A DNA stretch of 32,000 nt from Nostoc punctiforme PCC 73102 (GCF_000020025.1 NC_010628.1:6360001-6392000), one strand, 5' to 3'. Counted from the stretch's first letter, positions 9,008 to 17,412 are shown. The notes: generated by a model not told the origin, from the letters alone. A program made the numbers and translations.

Positions 9008-9031
9008 AGGGGCAATTCATGAATTGCCCCT
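9008..9031. repeat. Perfect 24-bp palindrome AGGGGCAATTCATGAATTGCCCCT
   Basis: The sequence is exactly self-complementary. From memory it resembles a palindromic element that recurs in Nostoc-type intergenic regions. Confidence 0.8.
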
Positions 9032-9050
9032 ACGATTGTCTGTACCTCAC

Positions 9051-9170
9051 CCAATACAGTTCGGATAAGCATTTTTCACTTTCCTTGTGGTCTGGGTAAA
9101 GGGTAAGGGGTAAAGGGGAAAGGATGTATTCAAAACCTTTTCCCTTTACCCTTTAACCGAACCGTATTGG
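9051..9170. mobile_element. MITE-like palindromic element, copy 1 (~120 bp)
   Basis: The terminal inverted repeats are ccaatacagttcggat and aaccgaaccgtattgg. The internal hairpin is gggtaaagggtaaggggtaaagggg with ccttttccctttaccctt. The flanks are tacctcac and taccttac. It is homologous to 17081-17197. Confidence 0.7.
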
Positions 9171-9289
9171 TACCTTACCACATTGCAATCTGCTGTATCT
9201 TGAACACTTGAGCGGACTTTAATTATGAGCCATAGAACTTCAATTACCTGTTAAAGCTAGGCAAACTTCCGTCACTACTAGCCCCCAGT

Positions 9290-10819
9290 TCAACGCAAAC
9301 AACGAATTGCTTCTAATAGACCTCTAGCTTTATTCAACGTCTCTTCGTATTCTTTTTCTGGCTCAGAATCAGCCACTAAACCTGCGCCAGCTTGTACGCT
9401 AACCGTCTTGTCATGTACCACCATTGTGCGAATTGCGATCGCAGTATTTAATTGTCCTTCAAAATCGTAATATCCATACACACCCGAATAAACACCGCGC
9501 CGACTAGACTCTAGCTCGTGGATAATTTCCATTGCCCGAATCTTGGGTGCGCCACTTACCGTACCAGCTGGGAAGCAAGCTTTCAATAAATCCCATGCTG
9601 TTTTATCTAGTGCTAATTTACCTACAACATTGCTGACAATGTGCATCACATGGGAGTAGCGCTCAACTACCATTAATTCATCAACTTTGACGCTACCATT
9701 TTGACAAACACGCCCCAAATCATTCCGCCCTAAATCTACAAGCATCACGTGTTCGGCAACTTCCTTGGGATCTTCGAGTAAATCTTGAGCGAATGCTGCA
9801 TCTTGCTGGGTAGTTTTACCCCGTGGACGTGTCCCAGCAATGGGGCGTACTGTTGCTATAACTCCCCCATCTGGAGCAGTTTCGGCTTTCACCATCACTT
9901 CAGGACTGGAACCGATGATTTGCCAATCTTGGAAGTTAAAGTAAGCCATGTAAGGCGAAGGATTTATCTGACGTAGGGAGCGGTAAAGGGCAAAGGGGTC
10001 GCCTGTATATGGTGTTGATAGTCGCTGAGAAATTACTACTTGAAAGATATCGCCTGCTTTGATGTAATCTTTGGCCTTTTGGACACTAGCGCAAAAATCA
10101 GGGCGGGTAAAATTACTGTTGTACTCGTCTGTTTCGCCGCTTTTCTGCTCCTCTGCTCCCCTACTTCCTGGCGATTTCCATTCCAATCGAGTTTTTTCTG
10201 GGGATAAGGGGAGAGATAGCTTTTCGAGCATTTGGGTGACGCGATCGCACGCTTGTTGATAGGCTGCGTGTAAATCTACATTGGGGTCGCGTAAATCAGC
10301 ATAAGCGATCGCCCAAATTTTTCGCTTCACCTGGTCAAAAATCAACAGGTGGTCTACCTGCATCCACAAGCCATCAGGGATATTTCGCTCATCTGGTGGA
10401 TAGATTGGCACGCGCGGCTCAATCCAGTTAATCAATTCATAGCCCCAAAACCCAAACAAACCGCCAATCCCTGGCGGTAACTCTGGTAACTTGACTGGGT
10501 GATAAGGTGCTAAACATTCGGCTAAAGCTGCAAAAGGGTCGCCTGCAAAAACAACCTGCGAACCATCGCGGTTTAACTGGGTGGTGCGATCGCCTCTTGC
10601 TTCTAAAACCCAAAGCGGATCGCAGCCTACTAAACTATAGCGTCCTAGTTTTTCCCCACCTTCTATTGATTCCAACAAAAAGCTATAGGGCTGACCTGCA
10701 CAAACTTTATACCAAGCAGAGACGGGCGTATCTAAGTCCGCTACCCATTCTTGATATACGGGGACGAAGTTGCCTTGTTGCGCTAGGCTGGAAAACTGGG
10801 AGAAATGCGGAAAAATCAT
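9290..10819 (-). CDS. trpE: Anthranilate synthase component I
   Basis: Chorismate-binding signatures include LLESIEGGEKLGRYS, GDIFQVVISQR, SPYMAYF, IAGTRPRG, EHVMLVDLGRND, GTVSGAPKIRAMEII and GAGLVADS. I prefer the ATG at 10819 (MIFPHFSQF...), because the 19-codon extension to 10876 runs into the heptamer hairpin. Confidence 0.93.
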   Translation of the reverse strand: MIFPHFSQFSSLAQQGNFVPVYQEWVADLDTPVSAWYKVCAGQPYSFLLESIEGGEKLGRYSLVGCDPLWVLEARGDRTTQLNRDGSQVVFAGDPFAALAECLAPYHPVKLPELPPGIGGLFGFWGYELINWIEPRVPIYPPDERNIPDGLWMQVDHLLIFDQVKRKIWAIAYADLRDPNVDLHAAYQQACDRVTQMLEKLSLPLSPEKTRLEWKSPGSRGAEEQKSGETDEYNSNFTRPDFCASVQKAKDYIKAGDIFQVVISQRLSTPYTGDPFALYRSLRQINPSPYMAYFNFQDWQIIGSSPEVMVKAETAPDGGVIATVRPIAGTRPRGKTTQQDAAFAQDLLEDPKEVAEHVMLVDLGRNDLGRVCQNGSVKVDELMVVERYSHVMHIVSNVVGKLALDKTAWDLLKACFPAGTVSGAPKIRAMEIIHELESSRRGVYSGVYGYYDFEGQLNTAIAIRTMVVHDKTVSVQAGAGLVADSEPEKEYEETLNKARGLLEAIRCLR

Positions 10820-10830
10820 TATTTTCAAAA

Positions 10831-10900
10831 GTAATTGGTAATTGATAATGGGTAATGGGTAATTTTTTCTTACCAATTACCCATTACTAATTACCCATTA
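10831..10900. repeat. Inverted STRR-like heptamer arrays (TAATGGG / ATTACCC) forming a hairpin between psaD and trpE
   Basis: gtaatgggtaatt (10852-10864) pairs perfectly with aattacccattac (10875-10887) around a 10-nt loop. Further heptamer copies flank each arm. Confidence 0.7.
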
Positions 10901-10915
10901 GCTACTAAAAGCTAA

Positions 10916-11341
10916 TTACGGAGCGTCGTAGGTTGCAACACCGCTAAACTTAACTTTAGAGGGACTGGGGTTTTGTCCGATCCGACGGTCTACATAACGC
11001 ACTTTGTCACGACCTTCATTTACCTTTTCAGGGAAGACACCATCAGCTGGGTGAAGTAAAGTGGTTTCTCCGTTGGGTAAAATCCGGTAGACTTTGTAAT
11101 CTGTAATTTTGAGTTTCCGGAGTTGCTGACCGCCCAAAAAGATGCCATATTCTTTCCGAGCTATATACAGCAGGTTTTCACCTTTCCGCATAGTAGCAGC
11201 ACCACCTGTAGGCAATTCAAAAACTTGCTCTTTCGGGCTAGTCCAAGTGATAGCGTACTTTTCTTCCACTTCTGCTTTCTTTAGCAAGCCACCAGTGCTG
11301 CCAGCAAATAGTGGGGTTTGTCCAGAGAGTGTTTCTGCCAT
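10916..11341 (-). CDS. psaD: Photosystem I reaction-centre subunit II (PsaD)
   Basis: [20 protein letters not shown]...[35 protein letters not shown]...LG.QL...KI.DYK.YRI.P.GE...[16 protein letters not shown] is the canonical PsaD pattern. I prefer the start at Met7 of the ORF (11341). Confidence 0.95.
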   Translation of the reverse strand: MAETLSGQTPLFAGSTGGLLKKAEVEEKYAITWTSPKEQVFELPTGGAATMRKGENLLYIARKEYGIFLGGQQLRKLKITDYKVYRILPNGETTLLHPADGVFPEKVNEGRDKVRYVDRRIGQNPSPSKVKFSGVATYDAP

Positions 11342-11430
11342 AAAGTTCCGTTCTCTCAACGTTTTTAGGGAATCCTAACACTGCAACCAGGATCATATTG
11401 CGATCGCGTTATAGACTGTAACAGTTTTTA

Positions 11431-11620
11431 GTCATTTGTCCTTTGTTCTTTGTCATTTGTTAAAAACCAATGCCCCATACTTCTCTACGAGAGGCTCCGC
11501 CCTAAGCGTAGCTATGCCGCACGCTTTACGGCTTCTCTACGAGACGCTACGCGTTAGCGAAGCTTTCGCTTTAGCGATACGCTCAGTACAAGTGCCCAAT
11601 GACTAATGACAAAGGACTAA
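11431..11620. repeat. Composite repeat block: inverted heptamer arms enclosing a CTACGAGA/GCTACGCG dispersed-repeat core
   Basis: The left arm is gtcatttgtcctttgttctttgtcatttgt (11431-11460). The right arm is aatgactaatgacaaaggactaa (11598-11620), which is complementary in sense. The core repeats cttctctacgaga(g/c)gct twice and contains gctacgcgttagcgaagc. Confidence 0.65.
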
Positions 11621-11623
11621 TAC

Positions 11624-13633
11624 CTATTTACTCTTGACTTTTGTCCGCTTTTCCTCATGGCTATTCTGAACAATGGGGATGGTGAAGTGAAATTGGCTAC
11701 CCTGGTCTTTGCCGGTTGACTCAGCCCAAATTTCTCCACCCCAGCCATTAACAATTTGACGACAAATAGCTAAACCAAGCCCTGTTCCGCCAGTGGTGCG
11801 GCGTAGCGCTCCTTCTTCTTGATAAAAGCGGTCAAAAACTACTTCTAAACGATTGGGTTCAATGCCGCGTCCAGTGTCAGCCACAGTCACCTCAACCATT
11901 TGATGGCTGTTGGAAAACGCTTTAATAGTGATTTCTCCTTCGGGTGGCGTAAATTTACAAGCATTGTCCATGAGTTTTGCCAGTACTTCTACTAGCCAAT
12001 CACCATCAGCCCTTACCAGAGGTAGATTTTCGGCAATTTTAGTCTTGATTTGGGGCGGCTTTTCCGTTGCAGAACGCGTGCGATTGCGGCTGAGTGCTAA
12101 ATCCACACACTCTTGTAAAGTCAGGGATTCTGGATGCCATTGCACTCGGCCGCTTTCCAGGTTGGAAAGTGTGAGGAAATCTTGTACCAATTTTCGCATT
12201 CGTTCTGAGTCGGAAAGAGCCGTGTTGAGCATAATTTGCTGCAACTCCAAGGGCATATCCGGCTCACTAGCGAGACTTTCTAGACACACTTGAATGGTGG
12301 ATAGGGGAGTACGCAGTTCGTGTCCAGTGATGGCTATAAGGTTGCTCCGGGTGCGGTCTAGGGCTTCTAACTGCTGGTTAAGTTCTTCTAGGTTGGCGTA
12401 GGCTTCCGCTTGGATTAGGGCTGCTCCTACTTGGGTAGCGATCGCTTCTACCAAATCCAACTCCCCAGGTTGGCACTCGTGCGGTGGCATCTTACAGTAG
12501 TGCAACTCCACAATGCCCAACAACCGCCCTTGATAAAATACTGGTTCCATCAGCCAAGAACGAATGGCAAACTTTTTGGCAATCAAGGAAAGTCCTGGCG
12601 AATTGTTAACACGAGGATCATTCAGTGTATCGCTAATACAAACACCTTCGCCTTGTTGCACTATGTCTCGAAATAGGGAATTTTTCTCTAATTCCCAAGT
12701 TTGCCCACGAACCGATAAAATGCCGGGATTCAAAAACTCGTGTTCAATTATGGCTTGGCTATCTGTAGCTTGAGCGCGGTAAATTAAACAGCGACAAGCT
12801 TCTAGGTGTTCTCCTAATTCTTGTGCCGCCACCTGGAGAACTTCGTGAGGATCGAGCGATCGCCGAATGGCTGTGCTAATCGAGTTGACTAATCGTTCTT
12901 TTCGTGCTTGGGCAGCAATGGAACGGTAGGCTTTGTGCAATTTGTACTGACTAGCTTGCAAGTAAGTTACTAAGCGTTGCACAAAGGGATCTGTATCGAT
13001 GTCACAAGCATATTCGTTGATCTGTTCTGCTCCAGAGTGGCTTCGCGGCTCTCCTATGCTAAACCTCTGACGTGCCTCGTTTATTTTACTTGCCAGTTCT
13101 GGTCTATAAACCAAAATCCTGTCTAACAGCAATTCAGCTGCTTTGAGGCTAACTCCCCTTTCCGATGTCCAAACTCCTTCAAATCTTCGCGCTGTGTCTA
13201 TATCCAGATTAGGGCTTAGTTCCGGTAGTTGCTTGTTTTTGGCAATAGAACCAAGACTTTCCCGACAAACTAGACAAGTTGCATAATTGTCAGCAATCAC
13301 TACCAAATGCCACTCTTGACTTAAGCCATCTGTTGGCTCAAAAGCGATCTTTTCGTAGTTTTCCGAACTATTGGCGAAATCCGTTTCTGGAGCAGCTAAT
13401 ACGTATATTTGGTTACTCCGCAAGGCAAGTCGCAGGTAGCGATGAGCTTCTTGGCGGTAAAATCGCTCTCGCTGGAAACTAGCAATTACAAGGGGTTGTG
13501 CTAAAGTCGCAGCCAAAACTTGATCTTCCATCGCATGGGAGAGCGCCGTTAGTGAAGCCTTAAAATATAGCTGGGGCCGCAAGTATGGTAGGGACTTTAG
13601 CAGATCACTCAGCACAGAAGTCGAAATGCTCAT
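11624..13633 (-). CDS. Sensor histidine kinase with N-terminal DICT-like domain, GAF domain, HisKA and HATPase_c
   Basis: The H-box is ITGHELRTPLSTI, the N-box KLMDNACKFTP and the G-boxes DTGRGI and GGTGLGLAICRQIV. The central region is GAF-like (RCLIYRAQ...SWLMEPVFYQGRLLGIVELH). The N-terminal LVIASFQRERFYRQEAHRY...EWHLVVIADNYATCLVCRE resembles the DICT domain. Confidence 0.88.
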   Translation of the reverse strand: MSISTSVLSDLLKSLPYLRPQLYFKASLTALSHAMEDQVLAATLAQPLVIASFQRERFYRQEAHRYLRLALRSNQIYVLAAPETDFANSSENYEKIAFEPTDGLSQEWHLVVIADNYATCLVCRESLGSIAKNKQLPELSPNLDIDTARRFEGVWTSERGVSLKAAELLLDRILVYRPELASKINEARQRFSIGEPRSHSGAEQINEYACDIDTDPFVQRLVTYLQASQYKLHKAYRSIAAQARKERLVNSISTAIRRSLDPHEVLQVAAQELGEHLEACRCLIYRAQATDSQAIIEHEFLNPGILSVRGQTWELEKNSLFRDIVQQGEGVCISDTLNDPRVNNSPGLSLIAKKFAIRSWLMEPVFYQGRLLGIVELHYCKMPPHECQPGELDLVEAIATQVGAALIQAEAYANLEELNQQLEALDRTRSNLIAITGHELRTPLSTIQVCLESLASEPDMPLELQQIMLNTALSDSERMRKLVQDFLTLSNLESGRVQWHPESLTLQECVDLALSRNRTRSATEKPPQIKTKIAENLPLVRADGDWLVEVLAKLMDNACKFTPPEGEITIKAFSNSHQMVEVTVADTGRGIEPNRLEVVFDRFYQEEGALRRTTGGTGLGLAICRQIVNGWGGEIWAESTGKDQGSQFHFTIPIVQNSHEEKRTKVKSK

Positions 13634-13948
13634 GAATTATTGTTAAACGCTCAACCTCGACAAGATCCACGTCACAGCTGCATTGTACAAATTCCAAGGC
13701 ACTCTCAAGTTAAATAGAGAGTTGCAATATGTAAAGAACGCTAAAATGCACTTTTCACCAAAGCAGGCGCAACATTTTGTTACCAAATTGATTGACAACC
13801 TACTACGCCCAATATACATTCTTGACTAACTTTGAAATATGCTTCCACAGCTAAAATCTTTCATTACTAAGTAACAGCCACCTAATTATTGTATTGTTTT
13901 AACTGCTAAGTTCACTAATCTTTACTGAGAATTGATTGACAGTCCACG

Positions 13949-13972
13949 CCTTGGCGTAGCCCGTCGTAATAT
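13949..13972. repeat. Short dispersed repeat (GCGTAGCCCGTCGTA family)
   Basis: ccttggcgtagcccgtcgtaatat. Confidence 0.6.
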
Positions 13973-14047
13973 TTACACTCACTAAATAGAATTTTCTTAC
14001 CTAAAAACCATTACTGCTACATACCATATATATAATTTAATCAGTAA

Positions 14048-14071
14048 TGATTGATTAATATTAATCAATCA
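14048..14071. promoter_or_regulatory. Perfect 24-bp AT-rich palindrome TGATTGATTAATATTAATCAATCA (candidate operator)
   Basis: The sequence is exactly self-complementary. It sits in the 825-bp divergent intergenic region between the histidine kinase and the debranching-enzyme gene. Confidence 0.4.
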
Positions 14072-14458
14072 AATATTATCGGAAATTTGTCTAAATCTAA
14101 GGCCAAAGAAATTTAAAACAAAATCGTATAATAGTTTAATCAATAAATGCTAGTTCTACCCAATAGAACTGGGAACATCGCATTTCTGCTGAGTATACTA
14201 TATATCTTGTATCTTGAGAAAGTTCGACAACTAAGCACTTATCTAAAAATTCTCAGTTTTCAGTCTTGAGTTTAGACTTATACAATACTTATATAGATTT
14301 GGACGCTGCTACTTTGTCAACAGTACGTAAAAATAATTTTGGCTAGAATAGCTCAAACAAGTTTTACAAAGAGTCTTTTTTCTGCAAGTTGTGAGGGATA
14401 AAGACCTCTACTCCGAATACTACAAACAATCTACGACCTGTACACGGAACTTTGGCTA

Positions 14459-16741
14459 ATGACACCGGATACGCTAATGACCCCGGAAAAAATTTTCCTG
14501 GATGGAAAAACTTTTATTCCTGCTGAACAATTACCTATCCCGGAGTGGCCTTGTGTTGTGAGTGAAAGACCACAACCGACACTGACGGTTAAAGATGATG
14601 ATTTATTTTTCGTGACAGATACTATCGGGAATATTTCTGGCTGTTCCCTCAGCGAGGGTAATCCCAGCATGGGGCTGTTTTGCTGTGATACGAGATTTCT
14701 CAATCGCTTAGAGTTGCAAATTGAAGGGCGATCGCCTGTACTTCTCAGTAGTACTGCCGAAAAAGGGTTTTCACTCTCGGTTTTGTGTACCAACCCCAGA
14801 ATTGACGAACGCCTTAGAGCCGAAACTATCGGAATTCGGCGAGAAATAGTACTAAATGGCGCTCTATTTGAAGAAATAGAAGTATCTAACTACAGTACAA
14901 CAACTGTCAATTTTGAACTAAGTATCAGCTTCGATGCAGATTTTGTTGATTTATTTGAAGTCCGGGGTTATGACAGAGAAAAACGCGGTAGGCTTTTACG
15001 TCTACTAGAACCCACGACTGGAGAAGGAATCGTCGATGGCGTTTCACCAGTAACTAAAGACCCCTCAACTTTTAGGGAAGAATCCTTAACACTCGCCTAT
15101 CAAGGTTTGGATGGTTCGGTGATGGAATCTCGGATTTTATTCCAGCATCGTCAACCAGACTATTTCAAAGGCTACACTGCGGTTTGGCAGCTAGAGTTGG
15201 CTTCTCACGAAACCCAAAAGCTGGGTTATCGGGTGAATATGCTAAAAAACAACCAATCTAGTTCAACTGTAAGCGCCGCCATCACTTTAGGACAGGCGAA
15301 AGCTGCTGAGTTGATGGAGGAGCAACACTGGGTACAGCAAATTACCCGCATTAGCTCAGATAAAAGCATTTTCAATCGAGTGATTGAGCGGGCCGAGCAA
15401 GATATGTATTTGTTGCGCCAGTCTTTTGGTAAGCATAAGACAGTTTCAGCTGGAGTACCGTGGTTTTCTACACTATTTGGGCGGGATTCGCTGATTACAG
15501 CTTCCCAAACCCTGATGTTAAACTCACAAATCGCCAAAGAAACCCTAATATTACTGGCGAAATACCAAGGCAAAATCGACGACGAATGGCGCGAAGAAGA
15601 ACCGGGTAAGATTTTGCACGAGTTACGTTTGGGAGAAATGGCTCGTTGTCAAGAAATTCCTCACACACCATACTACGGTACAGTTGATGCGACTCCCCTG
15701 TGGCTAATGCTGTATGCCGAACATTATGCTTGGACTCACGATCAAGAACTCCTAGAGTTACTTTGGCCAAATGCTTTAGCAGCAATGGACTGGATCGATC
15801 GCAATACCAAACAAACCAGTTACCTCAGCTACTTCCGTAAATCTAAACGCGGTCTTGCTAACCAAGGTTGGAAAGACTCTGGCGACTGCATTGTCAACCA
15901 TAAGGGAGAATTAGCTAACGGACCAATTGCCCTTTGTGAGGTGCAAGCTTATGTCTATGCAGCAAAAACGCGCCTAGCAGAAATAGCAAGGATGAAAAAG
16001 CGTCTTGATTTGGCAGATCGTTGGCTAGAAGAGGCCAGAAGTCTCAAGGTTCGTTTTAATCGAGATTTTTGGGTAGAAGACCAGGATTTCTGCGCCTTGG
16101 CTTTGGATGGAGATGGTAAACCTGTAGACAGTATTACCTCAAATCCTGGTCATTGTCTGCATTTGGGTCTTTTCACCCACGAAAGAGCCTACAGTGTAGC
16201 AGAACGGTTGCGGGCACCAGATATGTTTAATGGTTGGGGCATTCGTACCCTGAGTAGTTTATCACCCGCTTACAATCCAATGGGTTATCACATTGGTTCG
16301 GTTTGGCCCCATGATAACGCTCTGATCGCAATGGGATTGCGATCGCTGGGTCTTATCGATCAAGCCTTAGAACTTTTCCAAGGTTTATTCGACATGACCA
16401 GTCAGCAGCCTTATGAACGTCCTCCAGAACTCTTCTGCGGCTACGAACGGAACGGTGACAATGCCCCTGTGCAGTATCCAGTTGCTTGCACTCCCCAAGC
16501 TTGGGCTACCGGTAGTATCTTCCAACTACTACAAATGATGGTCAACTTGGTGCCTGATGCTCAAAATAACTGCTTGCGAATAATCGACCCCGCTTTGCCA
16601 GAATCGATTAATCGCCTGTCATTTCATAATTTGCGAGTCGGCCCCACCATCCTCGATTTAGAATTCGAGCGTTCTGGTACTACGACTGCTTGCCGTGTTG
16701 CGAAAAAACGGGGCAATTTGAGGGTAGTTATCGAAGCATAG
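14459..16741 (+). CDS. Amylo-alpha-1,6-glucosidase / glycogen debranching enzyme family protein (GDE N-terminal + GDE_C six-hairpin domains)
   Basis: The 760-aa product contains GVPWFSTLFGRDSLI, GKILHELR.GE, YYGTVDATPLW, QGWKDSGD, ALCEVQAYVY, NPGHCL, GIRTLS....YNPMGYHIGSVWPHDN and PELFCG. These are signatures of the bacterial/archaeal GDE family. Confidence 0.88.
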   Translation: MTPDTLMTPEKIFLDGKTFIPAEQLPIPEWPCVVSERPQPTLTVKDDDLFFVTDTIGNISGCSLSEGNPSMGLFCCDTRFLNRLELQIEGRSPVLLSSTAEKGFSLSVLCTNPRIDERLRAETIGIRREIVLNGALFEEIEVSNYSTTTVNFELSISFDADFVDLFEVRGYDREKRGRLLRLLEPTTGEGIVDGVSPVTKDPSTFREESLTLAYQGLDGSVMESRILFQHRQPDYFKGYTAVWQLELASHETQKLGYRVNMLKNNQSSSTVSAAITLGQAKAAELMEEQHWVQQITRISSDKSIFNRVIERAEQDMYLLRQSFGKHKTVSAGVPWFSTLFGRDSLITASQTLMLNSQIAKETLILLAKYQGKIDDEWREEEPGKILHELRLGEMARCQEIPHTPYYGTVDATPLWLMLYAEHYAWTHDQELLELLWPNALAAMDWIDRNTKQTSYLSYFRKSKRGLANQGWKDSGDCIVNHKGELANGPIALCEVQAYVYAAKTRLAEIARMKKRLDLADRWLEEARSLKVRFNRDFWVEDQDFCALALDGDGKPVDSITSNPGHCLHLGLFTHERAYSVAERLRAPDMFNGWGIRTLSSLSPAYNPMGYHIGSVWPHDNALIAMGLRSLGLIDQALELFQGLFDMTSQQPYERPPELFCGYERNGDNAPVQYPVACTPQAWATGSIFQLLQMMVNLVPDAQNNCLRIIDPALPESINRLSFHNLRVGPTILDLEFERSGTTTACRVAKKRGNLRVVIEA

Positions 16742-16748
16742 AGGATGA

Positions 16749-16778
16749 GGGAGTGGTAAATTATCCACTCCCAATTTT
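16749..16778 (+). terminator. Rho-independent terminator of the debranching-enzyme gene
   Basis: An 8-bp GC-rich stem, gggagtgg (16749-16756) with ccactccc (16765-16772), has an 8-nt loop and is followed by AATTTTAT. It starts 8 nt after the stop codon. Confidence 0.65.
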
Positions 16779-16786
16779 ATGCTGAG

Positions 16787-16815
16787 TGCGTAGGCGTAGC
16801 CCGTCGTAGACATCG
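16787..16815. repeat. Short dispersed repeat (GCGTAGCCCGTCGTAGACATCGC family)
   Basis: gtgcgtaggcgtagcccgtcgtagacatcgc. Confidence 0.75.
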
Positions 16816-17006
16816 CTCATTGAGCTTTACACTTATCTTGGCTATTTTCGATAAACTGAGAAACCTGTCTAATTGCCGTTGAAATGCTAGCCCGATAAGC
16901 TTTAACGTCACGCACAAGCGATCGCCCACAGTATTCGGACAGGCGTTAATTGTTGTGAACTAGGTAGTTCATGTTCTCTGCGTTGTAGAGATTCATATTC
17001 TAAAAT

Positions 17007-17039
17007 GTGCGTAGGCGTAGCCCACCTTCGGCATCGCAC
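17007..17039. repeat. Short dispersed repeat (same family, variant core)
   Basis: gtgcgtaggcgtagcccaccttcggcatcgcac. Confidence 0.7.
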
Positions 17040-17080
17040 GGTTTTTTCATGCTTTCCAGGTTGTTTAATTGGGCAGGGTT

Positions 17081-17197
17081 CAATACTTTTCGGATAAACT
17101 CAACAATCTCTCTTTTGATCTGGGAAAAGGTTACAGGGGTTGGGGTAAAGGTAAATTCAAACCCTTTTCCCCTTTCCCCCTTAACCGAAAAGTATTA
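17081..17197. mobile_element. MITE-like palindromic element, copy 2, flanked by a 10-bp direct repeat
   Basis: The terminal inverted repeats are caatacttttcggataa and ttaaccgaaaagtatt. The internal hairpin is ggggttggggtaaagg with cccttttcccctttccccc. Exact GGGCAGGGTT lies on both sides (17071-17080 and 17198-17207), like a target-site duplication. Confidence 0.75.
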
Positions 17198-17412
17198 GGG
17201 CAGGGTTTGTTTCTTCATATAGTAAGTATGCTTGCTAGTTCTTGCATACAGGCTTGCAGACGTGCTTGCTTTTCTTCATTCATCAGCTTCATGTGCGGCT
17301 TATATGTTTCCCTCCATTTTGCCATCACTAGTAAATGTGGATGCTCCCGTGTATGCCCCACGTCTTAGGCCTATCTTTGTAGTATGTAAAGAAGCACTTT
17401 CAACCTAAGATT

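Noticed and set aside
10820-10876. 19-codon N-terminal extension of trpE
   Set aside because: The extension is encoded by the heptamer hairpin repeat (…YPLPIINYQLLLKI). The internal ATG at 10819 gives a normal TrpE N-terminus.
11910-13482. Several 67-127-aa plus-strand ORFs inside the histidine kinase gene. Similar antisense ORFs occur inside the debranching enzyme, POP, OCP, trpE, ugd, cinA and SLATT genes (e.g. 23727-23996)
   Set aside because: All are antisense to, or out of frame with, strongly supported genes. They have skewed, low-complexity compositions typical of shadow ORFs.
14431-14793. 120-aa minus-strand ORF overlapping the start of the debranching-enzyme gene
   Set aside because: It is antisense to a well-supported CDS and Ser-rich, with no independent signals.
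17007-17368. ORFs 17007-17198 and 17069-17368 (plus strand)
   Set aside because: They read straight through a dispersed repeat and the MITE (G-rich hairpin translated as GWGKGK...). They are not credible coding sequence.
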